Below are positions 14,046-27,598 of a DNA stretch of 64,000 nt, one piece after another. This DNA is from Macrostomum lignano. Taxonomy: Eukaryota. The stretch covers positions 62,001 through 126,000 of the forward strand of contig NIVC01002005.1 in the NCBI GenBank assembly GCA_002269645.1, given 5' to 3'. A model generated the notes under the pieces. That model did not search any database and was not told the origin of the DNA. It worked only from the letters and a program-made list of their open reading frames with translations. The position numbers and the translations under genes are program-made. How positions within the stretch are numbered: the first letter of the stretch is position 1; each line of letters opens with the position of its first letter.

Positions 14046-14997
14046 CCCTAGTGTCTTCACCTCAACGTTAACGTCTCAACGATTTATCCTATACCCTTGC
14101 ATACCTTGACCTAAGCCTACTGTCTTTACGTATCAAAACTACGGTAATTAAGCTTCTGACGTAGCAAAAGCCTTCGCTAAACATTTTCGTTTGTTTCAAA
14201 AACACAATATATTTGCGTCCAATAAACAAACAAAGCAGGTAAATATTTGTATATTTGTTTATTTATTCATTTATTTATCATTTTAATACTCGTAATGTTT
14301 TCTACTATTTTTGTCCCCGGTACAAACACACAATTGGCGAGTTCCAAGCACCTTTTCTGCCTGAGATTTTAGCCTTTTCCCTGCAACCGCTAATTTGTGT
14401 ACATTGCCAACCGCTAATTTTATCAATTGATCATTCCAATGCGTGTTTTTCATATTTTTTATTTCAAACTTTTACCGCTCGGATAGGCTGTTAAATAAAT
14501 AAAAACTTATAAATCGAATTTGCTAATTAAATTACTTTAAGTAGACGCAGTGTTTTCTAATCAAATAATTGCTTTTCATTCTCAATTAATTTGTCTAATC
14601 CGTCCCAATGTTTTATTATTATTTTTTTCTATCATCTAAATAATTATACAACCATTTGTACATTAACATCATTACTACTGATACCTGTGTAAGTAGTATA
14701 TTTATAGTGTTTTTTCTGTGTCACAAATTTTCAAAAAGTGGTTACAAAAAACCTACTCTGCAGAGCAGTACTTTGTGTAAAGCAATTTAGTCTATGCATT
14801 ATTTACGCATATACCAAAAAATACTTATAAGTAGTATTTATTTATTGCTTAAATTTCGTTGAGCTTTTTTCGTAGTAGCTGGCATTAAGGCGTAAATAAA
14901 ATTGGCCCAATTTTTTTAAAAGCAGCAGCATCACTTGCCGCAATAATTACTTGTTGTTTCTTCTATTTTTCTCGTTTAGCAGCTTAGCCATTAATAT

Positions 14998-15745
14998 GAG
15001 TGTACATAGTAGTACACGGGGTGTACATAGTGGCACATAGAGTGTACATAGTAGCACACGGAGTTTACATAGTGGCACACGGAGTGTACATAGTGGCACA
15101 CGGAGTGTACATAGTGGCACACGGAGTGTACATAGTGGCACACGGAGTGTACATAGTGGCACACGGAGTGTACATACTGGCACACGGAGTGTACATAGTG
15201 GCACACGGAGTGTACATAGTGGCAATAGAGTGTACATACTGGCACATAAGGTGTACATAGTGGCACATAGAGTGTACATACTGGCACATAGAGTGTACAT
15301 ACTGGCACTTAGAGTGTACATACTGGCACATAGAGTGTACATACTGGCACGTAGAGTGTACATACTGGCACATAGAGTGTACATACTGGCACATAGAGTG
15401 TACATACTGGCGCACAGAGTGTACATAGTGGCACAGAGTGTACAGTGGCACATAGAGTGTACATACTGGCACAGAGTGTACATACTGGCACATAGAGTGT
15501 ACATACTGGCGCACAGAGTGTACATAGTGGCACAGAGTGTACATACTGGCACAGAGTGTACATACTGGCACATAGAGTGTACATACTGGCACATAGAGTG
15601 TACATACTGGCACATAGAGTGTACATACTGGCGCACAGAGTGTACATAGTGGAATATACTGTACATACTGGCGCACAGAGTGTACATAGTGGCACAGAGT
15701 GTACATGGTGTAATATAGTGTACATAGTGGCACAGAGTGTACATA
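14998..15745 (+). repeat. 21-bp minisatellite (AGAGTGTACATACTGGCACAT)
   Basis: 7-aa periodicity in the overlapping spurious ORFs; ends ~160 bp upstream of the Drosha ATG. Confidence 0.95.
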
Positions 15746-15908
15746 GTGAAATATAGTCTATAGTGTAAATGCCTGAAGATTAGAAATCCAAGAGTCGTCG
15801 GAGTAGGCCAAATTGCCTACAATTATTATCAAATAAGTCACAAAGCTAATTATCTAAATAAAAACTAATTGCGCTAATTATAGTTCTTTAAAATTATTTC
15901 TTGCATGC

Positions 15909-15976
15909 ATGAACGGCACGGGGGATGCGCCACCCGATCCTTCGGCGGCTGCTTGGGCCGCTTGGGCCTCCGCGCA

Positions 15977-16009
<33 letters not shown>

Positions 16010-19000
16010 GCAACAACAACAGGTACCGCCACCTCAACAACAACCCTCTGAGTCTCAAGCAAGCGGTACTCCGCTAGACCAACAGCAGCAACAGCAGCCT
16101 CCTTTAACTAACGGCATGCCTCAATTGCCATCAATGATGTCCTACATGCTGCACGAGTTGTCCGCCGCTTATCATTCTCTGCGTAGCATGCAAAATCCTC
16201 AACAGCAGTTGGCTTCAATGTGGCTAAATCCTGCGCATCCGCCTACGCATCCGCCTACGCATCCGCCTACACATCCGACAACGCACCCGCCTACGAATCC
16301 GCCTACGAATCCGCCTACGAATCCGCCTATGCATCCGCCTACACATCCGCCTACATATCCGCCTACACATCCGCCTACGCATCCGCCTACGCATCCGCCT
16401 ACACATCCGCCTACACATCCGCCTGCGTATTCGAGCACATCTCCCTATCCCTATGCTAGCTACGCGCCCCCCGCTGGGCCGAACTTGAGCTTCCCCGTGC
16501 CGCCTCCGCCGCCGCCTCCGCCGCCCCCGCCGCCGCCACCTCCGCCGTCGGCATCTTCAACCTGCCACCAAGACTCCGGCCCCGTGCCTCTGATGGGCTT
16601 GAAGCCTCGCGCTAGTTTAAAATGGAATGCCGCTGAATTCGAATCGAAGTACGGCTGTGGCTCCTCCGCATCCTCTGCTGCCGAGTCTTCTTCGGCTGCA
16701 AAACTTTTTTCGACTCAATCGTCTTATCTGCAATCGTCTGCTTCTGCTTCTTGCTCTTCATCAAAATCAACTGCTAGCGGCCGGCCTGGCAGCTTCCGAA
16801 ATCCCTACTTTGCCGATCCCAACGTGAAAAAAGAATTAGCAGAGGAGCGGGAGCGAACTAATCCGGAGCTGTCTGTGCCGCAACCGGAAGCCAAAGTGAT
16901 TTCTGGTCCAATCGATTACCGTTACGCCAAGATCAACGCTAATTTACTGGTTGCCAAGCCGTCGCTAATAGCTTTAGAAGAGGAATTCGTGGAAGAAATT
17001 ATGAAGCGTCGCGAACGCGCTCTGGTCGGTCAGCCTCGATGGCGTCCGCTGGTTCGAAACGCCGCTTCAGAAGACGCCGCAGTCGCTGCAGCAGCTGCCG
17101 CTTCCGCCGACGCTGTCGACGCGGTCGAAGCCGACTCGGAGTCGTCATTATCTGACGGCGAAATTGTCGAATCCGAGGCTGTCCGTCAGCACCGAGCTCG
17201 GTTCAAGCTGGTCCGCCAGCGTCACCGGGCCAAGAAGCAGTACGACGATTTGAAAGCCAAAGGCAGAGTCGACCGACTGTCCGGTCTGAATGTCGATGGC
17301 ATGTCCGAAGCGCAGCGACGCGAAATGGAGACGGCGCACAGCACCCATGGAACATCTTTTAGGGAGAAAAAAAGTACGAAGCAATCCATTCAACTTTTCT
17401 TGTTCCATAGACACCTGTAGATGAAAAAAATGAAAAACAGAAAAAAATTTGCGATAGCTTCATGTTTTATTGCACTTTTTGAATTTTCATGTACTTTTAA
17501 TTGGCAAAACAGGAAGACATTCCATAAAAACTGCCATTTCAGCTTACAGGTCATTAGCGAAATAAATTCAGCTACCTTTCTATCCCATACAGCCAAATAA
17601 ATAACTAAAGACTTGTTTACATTGAAGCTAGTATCTCTGCGAGTCACACACTGTTCAAATTAAAGTACCACTAGTCTTGCACAAAGTCTAGATTGATTTG
17701 AGTATTCAATGATCTACAGAGTAACTAAACCTTTATTTCTGGCTCACATAATCGATAGCATTTGATTGGCCAAATCGTTGTACACGCAGCTAAGCTGAAT
17801 GAAATCAACCAATCGATTGCTTAACTTTAGGCGGCCAGTTTTTAACTTAACAGATGTACATCCACCAGACATTTACAATGCTGCACTCGTCTGAAAATTT
17901 CATGCCCGCAAGCAGGCCAACTATAAGGTTCAATGAAAATGTACAATCATGCACTACAAACTCAGTAAACATCTCACAGTGATAGGAAAATCCACTCTAT
18001 CCTAGCATAAAACAACGCCAACAAACTTCAAATAAAGTTATATTCTATCATCAGTTTTATAGCACTTTTGATAGCTCTGCAATGCCTTCAACGGCTTTAA
18101 CTCATTCGGAGAATCGATTGAAAGTATGCCTGATCTGCTTTAAAAAAGGAGCATCTCATGAACCTATTCGTGACGCAAATCTACAACGCATCAATCGAAA
18201 TTTTATCGAAGATATTGACATCACTGATGAAAGTCTTCCAGCATCTTTGTGCGCTCGGTGTCGCAAACTTCTTCTTGATGTCGACAGTGGTAGAAAGCCA
18301 GTGGATGCTCTGCCCCAACCATATGACTTCTCAAAAGTGAAGCAGACAGCAGTCACACGACAGAATCCCCTGTGCCATTGTGATCTGTGTGAAGTCGCCC
18401 GGATGACTCCGATTGGTCAGGGGCTTGGCTCTGCCAAAGTTCCGGCTCACCCGATTGGCCGGCCGAAGAAATCCAACGACCAGCTGCCTGTAGCTTTGCC
18501 AGCTAAAATCTGCCGACGCTGCCTTTGCATCCTCCGGCGAGGAGTCAGTCACTGCTGTACCATCACTCAACGCAGGGAAAACCTGTGCACAGAGTACTCT
18601 GTGGACCAGCGAGGGGCTGAGATGCACGCAGCCAAAGTAATCAAAAGAAAAGCTGTCGATGCGCACGGTGCTGCTCCAATTCAACTGGCAACTCGTGGGC
18701 GTAATCTAACACTCAGTCTCCTAGCCCCATCACAAGCTAAAAACTCGGCTGCTTTTTACGATTCGCCGATCTCAGCATCTGAAATGAGCTGCTTTCAGCA
18801 GGCGCTGAGTCTAAGCAGACGGCAAACGAGGACTGCAGCGCAATTCTTCCGTAAGTGGAAAGGGCGGAAGTCAATTGAAGCAGGCCTGGAGTCGAAGTTG
18901 CAGCAGCTGGACAGCAGCCTCAGCGAGTATTTTTCGGTGACCGATGCAGAGTTTGAGATCAGCGGCGGTCAGAAGAAGCGCTGCTCCGTCGTATTCTGCA

Positions 19001-22000
19001 GGGACCCAGCAGGTCTCATTGATTACATGCTGCAACACCGGAGGGCGCCTTTTGGTTCTGAGTTCGTTGCAAAAGTTGGAATGGACAGTGGTGGTGATTT
19101 TCTGAAAATCTGTCTCAGCCTCATAGTTGACACATCAACTGATGCAAGTGACTTCGAGACTCAGGCTGCCGATGTCTGCTCAAGCCACTTTGCCGAAGGA
19201 GGTGTCAAGAGACTCATGCTACTAGGAATTGTTCAAGGAGTGAAAGAAACGTATGCCAACCTTAAGACCATGCTGGATCTTTTGAATATGAAAGGCGTCC
19301 GATATTACTGCTCGATGGACATGAAGATGGCCAACATCTTCCTTGGGCTTCAGGCATGCAGCAGCTTGCATCCGTGTCCTTGGTGCGAGTGCAGGCGGAA
19401 CCTTTTTGGTGATGCGCATCGTGACATCCAGCTGCGGACGCTCGGTGCCATTCGAAGAAATGCAGCCCAGTATCAGCAGGCAGCTCGGCAGCATCGGGGC
19501 AGTTTGCAGCTTGGAGCTGCCAACTTCAAGAATTGTGTGCATGATCCACTAACAGATCTGCCTGACGACACCGAGGTTCTAACGATCGTGCCTCCAATGG
19601 AACTGCACCTGATGCTGGGAATTACCAACCGGCTGCTGGAAGAACTGGACACGCGACTCCAAGCGACAAATGACTGTTCGGTGCGCATTGATGACTGGCT
19701 TGCTCGACTGGGAGTTCAGCGACAGCCTCAGCATGGCAGGCAGATAAACGGCAATGACTGCGCAAAGGTGCTGGAGTCAGTAGATCAGTTGGAGCAGATG
19801 GTCCGAGACTGCGATGCTTGCCTGGGAATGCCCGTTGTGTTTGCTCTGCGGTGCTTTCGAGAGGTAAAGAGAACCTGCTTCAGCCTTGAACTGCGCGATG
19901 GCTTCGAGACCGCCGTGGCTCACTTTGCTCAGGCTTACGCGGATCTCGGTATTAGCACCACGCCGAAGGTGCACGCGCTGATTGACCACGTGGTGCCTTT
20001 CCTCTCAAGCGCTGACAACAGGGAAGCCCGACATGGACTAGGCTTTTGGTCTGAGCAAGCTGGCGAAGCTGTGCATCGCGATTTCAACAGCCTGTGGTGC
20101 CGCAGCTACAAAGTTAGTCCTACAAATCCTCAGTATGCACAACAGCTGCTGAAGTGCACTGTTGCGTACTGCTCGCGGCATTTGTGACCTGCTTTAATAG
20201 TAAGAACATTTTCTTTTTCTAAGTCTTTTTTTGTTTGCAATAGCAGATAGAAAAAATGTGTCTTTAAGCTATCTATAATATTTGTTTATGGTAAAAACTT
20301 ATTTAAAAAACACTATTTAAAGTAGCCTAATGCACTGCATATAAGTTTTTTTATCGGCCTGATAGTTTAAGTTAAGCAGGTAGCTGAATTTAATACGCTG
20401 ATGACCTGCAAGCTGAAATGGCAGTTTTTATGGAATGTCTTCCTGTTTTGCCAATTAAAAGTACATGAAAATTCAAAAGGTGCAATAAAGCATGAAGCTA
20501 TCGCAAATTTTTTTCTGTTTTTCATTTTTTTCATCTACAGGTGTCTATGGAACAAGAAGAGTTGAGTGGATTGCTTCGTACTTTTTTTCTCCCTAAAGGA
20601 TGTTCCATGGGTGCTGTGGGCGGTGCGCAAGATTACAATTCGTACTCTGTGCCAACAACAAGAGGTTGAGCACAAGATGCGACATCCGCAGAAGCTCAAT
20701 CCGCACCTGTGGTATAATGAGCCTGGCGAATTGAATGATGGGCCCAGGTGCTACTGCAAACCGGAGTATCAGGTTGGTCTCTTCTGTGGGTTACAACTAC
20801 TGCAGGATCTGACAACTTTTTGCTTTCTGCAGTTCTTGAATTTATCACTAAAATCGTTTTCGTTTCTAGTGAGTGGGTCGTTTAAACTCATTCACCAATT
20901 GTTCCCCAACTCACCAATTATTCACCGATTCACTAATGATTCAACAACTCACCAATTATTCATCGGTTTACCAACTCACCAATGATTCACCGATTCTCCA
21001 ACTCATTAATGATTCACCGATTCACTAATGATTCACCAACTCACCAATGATTCACCGATTCTTCAACTCACCAATTATTCACCGATTTACCAGCTCACCA
21101 ATGATTCACTAATTTACCAACTCACCAATGACTCACCGATTCTCCAACTCACCAATGATTCACCGATTCTTCAACTCACCAATTATTCACCGATTCTTCA
21201 ACTCACAAATTATTCACCGATTTACCAGCTCACCAATGATTCACCGATTTACCAGCTCACCAATGATTCACCAATTTACCAGCTCACCAATGATTCACCG
21301 ATTTACCAGTTCACCAATGATTCACCAATTTACCAACTCACCAATGATTCACCTATTTAACAACTCACCAATGATTCACCGATTCTCCAACTCATTAATG
21401 ATTCACCGATTCACTAATGATTCACCAACTCACCAATGATTCACCGATTCTTCAACTCACCAATTATTCACCGATTTACCAGCTCACCAATGATTCACTA
21501 ATTTACCAACTCACCAATAACTCACCGATTCTCCAACTCACCAATGATTCACCGATTCTTCAACTCACCAATTATTCACCGATTCTTCAACTCACAAATT
21601 ATTCACCGATTTACCAGCTCACCAATGATTCACCGATTCACCAACTCACCAATTATTCACCGATTCACCAACTCATTAATGATTCACCGATTCTCCAACT
21701 CACCAATTATTCACCGATTCACCAACTCATTAATGATTCACCGATTCACCAACTCACCAATGATTCACCGGTTCACTAACTCACTAATGATTCAACAACT
21801 CACTAATGATTCACCAATTTACCAACTCACCAATGATTCACCAATTCACCAGTGAGTTTATGCCATGCAACTCTTCTAATCTCTGAGTGTACTTACAAGG
21901 AAAACTCAACAAGACCCCATTGCACCCGCAGGTCGGCCCATCGCACTGCAAATACGAAGGCGAGACGGCTATTCCCAAATGCGACCCGCATAGCAACAAT

Positions 22001-24053
22001 CCCAACAAGCTTCATCACTATCGAATCTGCGTCCTGCCAAACACAAATTATTCCGCTAAGCAGCCTTCGGTTATAATGTACAAAAATCTCAAATACGAAT
22101 TCGAAGGTTTCGGCTTATTGAGCCACTATAAACTTGACGATTTGCCACCGTGCAAATTCCATCGCTACAACATATTCTACAAGGTGCACTTGGTGCCGGA
22201 ACCTCTGCCGCCAAATTTCACCGTCCGTTCGCTAGATTTGTTAAGCGACTTTGTCATGTACGAATTGTTGGAACTGCTTGACGAGACTCTCTATCCTTCG
22301 GGTGCTGATGAGGCCACGTCTTGTCGGTGTTTTCACCTTTATCCAAGATTCTCTCGTCGCGGACACGACGGCGCTTTGGAGCTGTTGCCAGCCTGGGCGA
22401 TTCTGCAGCACCTGCTGGACAATAGCGGCTTATTAATTGAGCCAGACTGTTTGGATAGCGTTCTTCGAATGTCAAAAGAGGAGTGGCGCAATTTTATTGA
22501 TCAGTGGCGCGGCCAGTTAATCACCTATCCAGGTAAGAAGCCGTCAACTATTCGAGTGGATCAAGTTGACAGATGCTCAGCAGCCGCTTCTGCAGCTTCA
22601 TCAGACGGTCGGGACAAGCCAACCTATCCGTATGTGATTCATATCACCCAGGTGCCGCTTAAATTCGGTTGGCAAGCCGAAAACACTTACCGGCGCACGC
22701 TGAAGTCCTACTTTCGCGAACAGTACATGATCGTGTTTAATCCACGGGTTGGCGCTGAGCAAAGAGAGAAGCTGCAGCATTTGCGCGAAAAAATGCGCGT
22801 TGTTGAAGAGGCGCCAGATAAGCGGCGCGAGGTGACGGTAGAGATGAGCGCTGAAGGCTTCCGGCGCACAGGTCTCAGACCGGATGTGACTCAGTTCGCC
22901 TTGTTGCTGCCGCACTTTCTGTCTTTCTGTCGACTTCACCGAAGCATCTCAGCCTTAGAGAGTCGCATTGGCTACGTCTTCAAGGACAAATCGCTGTTCC
23001 ATCAGGCCATGACTCATCCGTCGTCGATTCGTTCCACTCTTGGCTTGAACTCTGATCACGTGCTCAACAGCATGCTGAATTGCGGTCCCCGGCTGTTAGA
23101 ATACGGCGAAGTTCGAGAAATCCGCCAGGCAACAAGAAAGCACGGCTTAGCTTACACAGTCAACGTCATGTCCATGCTGCCAAGTATTTTAGAGAAGAAA
23201 TCGCCAATATTTGGCAACGATCGACTCGAGTATCTTGGCGACGCGGTTGTTGAACTCATCGTTACTACTCACCTGTTCTATATCTTGCCGGAGGTTAGCG
23301 AAGGTCATCTTGACGCATTTCGTCAGTCATTGGTGATGAATGCCCACCTGGCCTTGCTGGCTAGGCGGCTGGGGCTGCACTGCTACCTGCAGTACGCGCA
23401 CGGCATGGATTTCTATCTGGATTCCACTTTTATGCACGCTTATTCCGATGCATTCGAAGCCTTCATGGCCGCTGTGTATTTGGATGGCGGCTTAGCTCTG
23501 GCTAATCGCATCTTTGCTGACGTCATGTGGGGCAGCGATCCGTCCTGTCTCCGGGTCTGGTGCACACCGCCGCCGCATCCCATCCAGCTGGAGTATCCTG
23601 ACGGAGATCGGCACCTGTTGCCACAGCATCCTAAGCTCAAGGTGCGTATAATAGTACTTCGATGCAGAAGTTTCCTCTGTCTCTCTCCCTTCAACTCTTG
23701 CAGTGTCTGAGATCTGTTATGGCTTGCTCAGGGTGGCTCAGACACGTCCGCATATGCACACTCTGGCTTTTCGATCTGATTTGACAACTGTAGTTTCAAG
23801 GCTTGATTTTGTTGTGTAGGGAATTGTCTTAGGGGTGAAATTTTTGTAGTTTAAGTTCAGAAAAGTGCGCCTGAGTAAAAACAACTGCAATTAAGAAGTT
23901 CCCTGTCTCATTTATGCAGGAAGGTTCGACCTTCAAATGAACCCTAGATTTGTAAATTGTTCTGTTGTTTCATTTATTGATCAAAAGCCTATGTGATATG
24001 TATTGTATATCTATTTGTCTGTCTTTCTTTCTGTCTGTCTATCTGTCTGTCTC

Positions 24054-24095
<42 letters not shown>

Positions 24096-24096
24096 C

Positions 24097-24151
<55 letters not shown>

Positions 24152-27011
24152 CGTTTGTCTTAATGTCTGTCTGTCTGTCTGTCTGTCCGTTTGTCTTAAT
24201 GTCTGTCTGTCCGTCTGTCTGTCCGTTTGTCTTAATGTCTGTCTGTCCGTCTGTCTGTGTCTGTATACTGTCTTTATGTCTATCTTTGTGCCAGTGCATA
24301 GTTGTGCCATTCCGAGCAAGCCATGCTAGATATCAGAACTTATTAAACGTTTCGACAGCTCCCCTACCATCTTATTAGACTAGCATGAAACTAATATTTC
24401 ATAAAATGAGGATACAATTATGTAGCCTCACCAGCTTATCAGTTGACTACTACTCAGCCTTGCGCCTAAAAAAATGCTGCACATATTTGACCTGCAGCCT
24501 GAGCACAGCGGCAATCAAATTTGGGTCCGCTTGGCTGCTGGAGTAAACTGACACGAGCGGTGCTTAGGCTGATCGACTGGTTTTCCTGCACCTCATAAAC
24601 CTACCGCCCTGACAGTTAAAACATTTATTGAATTTACTATGTGCCGAGTAGACTACTTTGAGCTAGTATTATAAAATGATTTTTTTAATTTTATGTTATC
24701 GGAGCGTAATTATCTAATTCTCGGTTTTTTTAATTGTGGTAACTATTTTATGTTATCAATGGCTGATTGTGTCTGTATGAGTCTTATTGGTGTCTGTAAT
24801 TGTCTGTATGAGTCTTATTGGTGTCTGTAATTGTCTGTATGAGTCTAGTTGGTGTCTGTAATTGTCTGTATGAGTCTCATTGGTGTCTGTAATTGTCTGT
24901 ATGAGTCTTATTGGTGTCTGTAATTGTCTGTATGAGTCTAGTTGGTGTCTGTAATTGTCTGTATGAGTCTAGTTGGTGTCTGTAATTGTCTGTATGAGTC
25001 TAGTTGGTGTCTGTAATTGTCTGTATGAGTCTCATTGGTGTCTGTAATTGTCTGTATGAGTCTCATTGGTGTCTGTAATTGTCTGTATGAGTCTCATTGG
25101 TGTCTGTAATTCTCTGTATGAGTCTCATTGGTGTCTTTAATTGTCTGTATAAGTCTTTTTATCGTCTGTAATTGTCTGTTTGTGTCTGTATGAGCCAGTC
25201 TATATGGTTTCTGTAATTTTGCTTGTCTGTTTGTGTCTGTACGAATCTTGTTCGTGTCTGTAATTCTGTCTGTTTGTTTGTGTCTGTGTGAGTAGGTTTG
25301 TGTCTTAAATTCTGTATGTGTCTAACTGTTGTCTGTATTTTGTCTGTAAGCCTATATAAGTCCAGCTGTAAATTTGTAATTCTGTCTGTTTGTCTGTTTA
25401 TAGGTGTAGCTATACTTATACTACTTTTCTGTAATTTCGAATCTGTATTAAATCCCTTGCAATTTCTTTTTCAACCTTCAAATTCTTGTAATCTTCTGCT
25501 CATTCTCTGCCAAAAACTTTCTAATCAACTTTGTGCTGAGCAGCAGCTTCAAAGCTCTCTTGCTACTTCATGCCAGGGTCTTTGCTAGTTAGCCAGTGCG
25601 GTTATCAACTGATCTGTTTGAGAGACTTTGAATTTTATCGTTGCATCGCTTGTGTGGGGATCTGCCTGGCTGCTAATGAGCTGCACTGATGTGAGTAAAT
25701 TCAATCAAGCCTTCAAGACTCGCGCTCGTTAGAGACACTTTGACTAAATGAGTCTGGCTTCCTCCTGTAACTGACTGCCTGCTTTTTAGTAGCTTTGCTA
25801 AGAATCTCTTCTGGAATAGTTTCCATGAAGTTCGTGGTGCGCGCTGGATTTTCATTTCAGCTTTTAATTTGCCAGGGCTAACTGGTCATTGTCGTCCTTA
25901 GTTGCTAGGCCAGCCTCTCGGATCTTCAGTTGCTGGGCCAGCCTCCCAGGTCCTCAGTTGCTGGGCCAGCCTCTCAGATCCTCAGTTGCTAAGCCAGCCT
26001 CTTAGATCCTCAGTTGCTGGGCCAGCCTCTCAGATCCTCAGTTGCTGGGCCAGCCTCCCAGATCCTCAGTTGCTGGGCCAGCCTCCCAGATCCTCAGTTG
26101 CTGGGCCAGCCTCCAAGATCCCCAGTTGCTGGGCCAGCCTCTTAGATCCTCAGTTGCTGGGCCAGCCTCTTAGATCCTCAGTTGCTTGGCCAGCCTCCCA
26201 GATCCTCAGTTGCTGGGCCAGCCTCTCAGATCCTCAGTTGCTGGGCCAGCCTCCCAGATCCTCAGTTGCTGGGCCAGCCTCCCAGACGCTCAGTTGCTGG
26301 GCCAGCTTCCCAGATCCCCAGTTGCAGGTCCAACATCATTACTGTTACCAGACGTTGAGAAAAAATTCTTAACAAACTCAAAATATAAACTTTTATTGAC
26401 ACAAAGATAAGCAAATCTATGTTGACATTTCCATGGTTTATACTCTTAGCTATTTCGAATCAGTTCGAATCTGTCAGTTCCCATGATAACCCGGGGATGT
26501 CCAACCCTATTTCCTATAAAATTGCATCCGATCCAAACCGGCGAAGGCGATAATTCCCTCAGGATATTGCCCGCCAACACTGTCTGCCGAAACCGTCCAC
26601 GCCCTTCCCCCTTCCAGGCTCGATCTGTTTGTCCTCGCTTTGCTTGTAGCGAGGCAATCTCTCTCTCTCTCTCTCTCTCTCTCCCTCTCTCTCTAGCCGT
26701 CTTTCTGGTTTTCTGCCAATTCCCACATGGCTTTGCTGTTTCTATGAATGCCTCTGTGCAGCACTGCCTTCAATTATTTGTCTGTCTGTCTGTCGGTGCC
26801 CTTTTCCTCTCTTGTTTTCTAATATTATTATTCGGGAATTGGTGAATTGTGGGGAAATGAAATGCTTTTTTCTCTCTTTATATCGGCTTCTGGTAGATTG
26901 ATTGATTGACAGACAGACGGACGGGAATAAGACAGAGTGATAAGCAGGTAAGGTATGTATAATTATATATAGCTCATCTGATAAGGTGAGACACACAGAG
27001 ACAGACATACA

Positions 27012-27080
<69 letters not shown>

Positions 27081-27125
27081 AAGACAGACAGACAGACAGA
27101 CGGACAGACAGAAAGACAGACAAAC

Positions 27126-27188
<63 letters not shown>

Positions 27189-27268
27189 CAGACAGACGGA
27201 CAGACGGACAGACGGACAGACAGGTAGATAGATAGATAGATAGATAGATATAGATAGATAGATAGATG

Positions 27269-27326
<58 letters not shown>

Positions 27327-27375
27327 CAGACAGACGGACGGACAGACGGACAGACGGACAGACAGACAGACAGAC

Positions 27376-27407
<32 letters not shown>

Positions 27408-27514
27408 GGACAGACACACAGACAGACAGACAGATGGACAGACAGACAGACAGACAGACAGACAGAACAGACAGACAGACAGACAGACGGACAGACAGAC
27501 AGACGGACAGACAC

Positions 27515-27598
<84 letters not shown>

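Noticed and set aside
17375-18082. In-frame Drosha-transposase fusion by splicing
   Set aside because: The TIR donor at 17374 is phase 1, whereas the acceptors upstream of the transposase ATG (18062, 18074) need phase 2.
17332-20623. Classification as canonical Transib/RAG transposon with 5-bp TSD
   Set aside because: 5-bp flanks differ (CGGCG versus GGCGG); only the 4-bp GGCG is duplicated, and no RAG2-like ORF is present.
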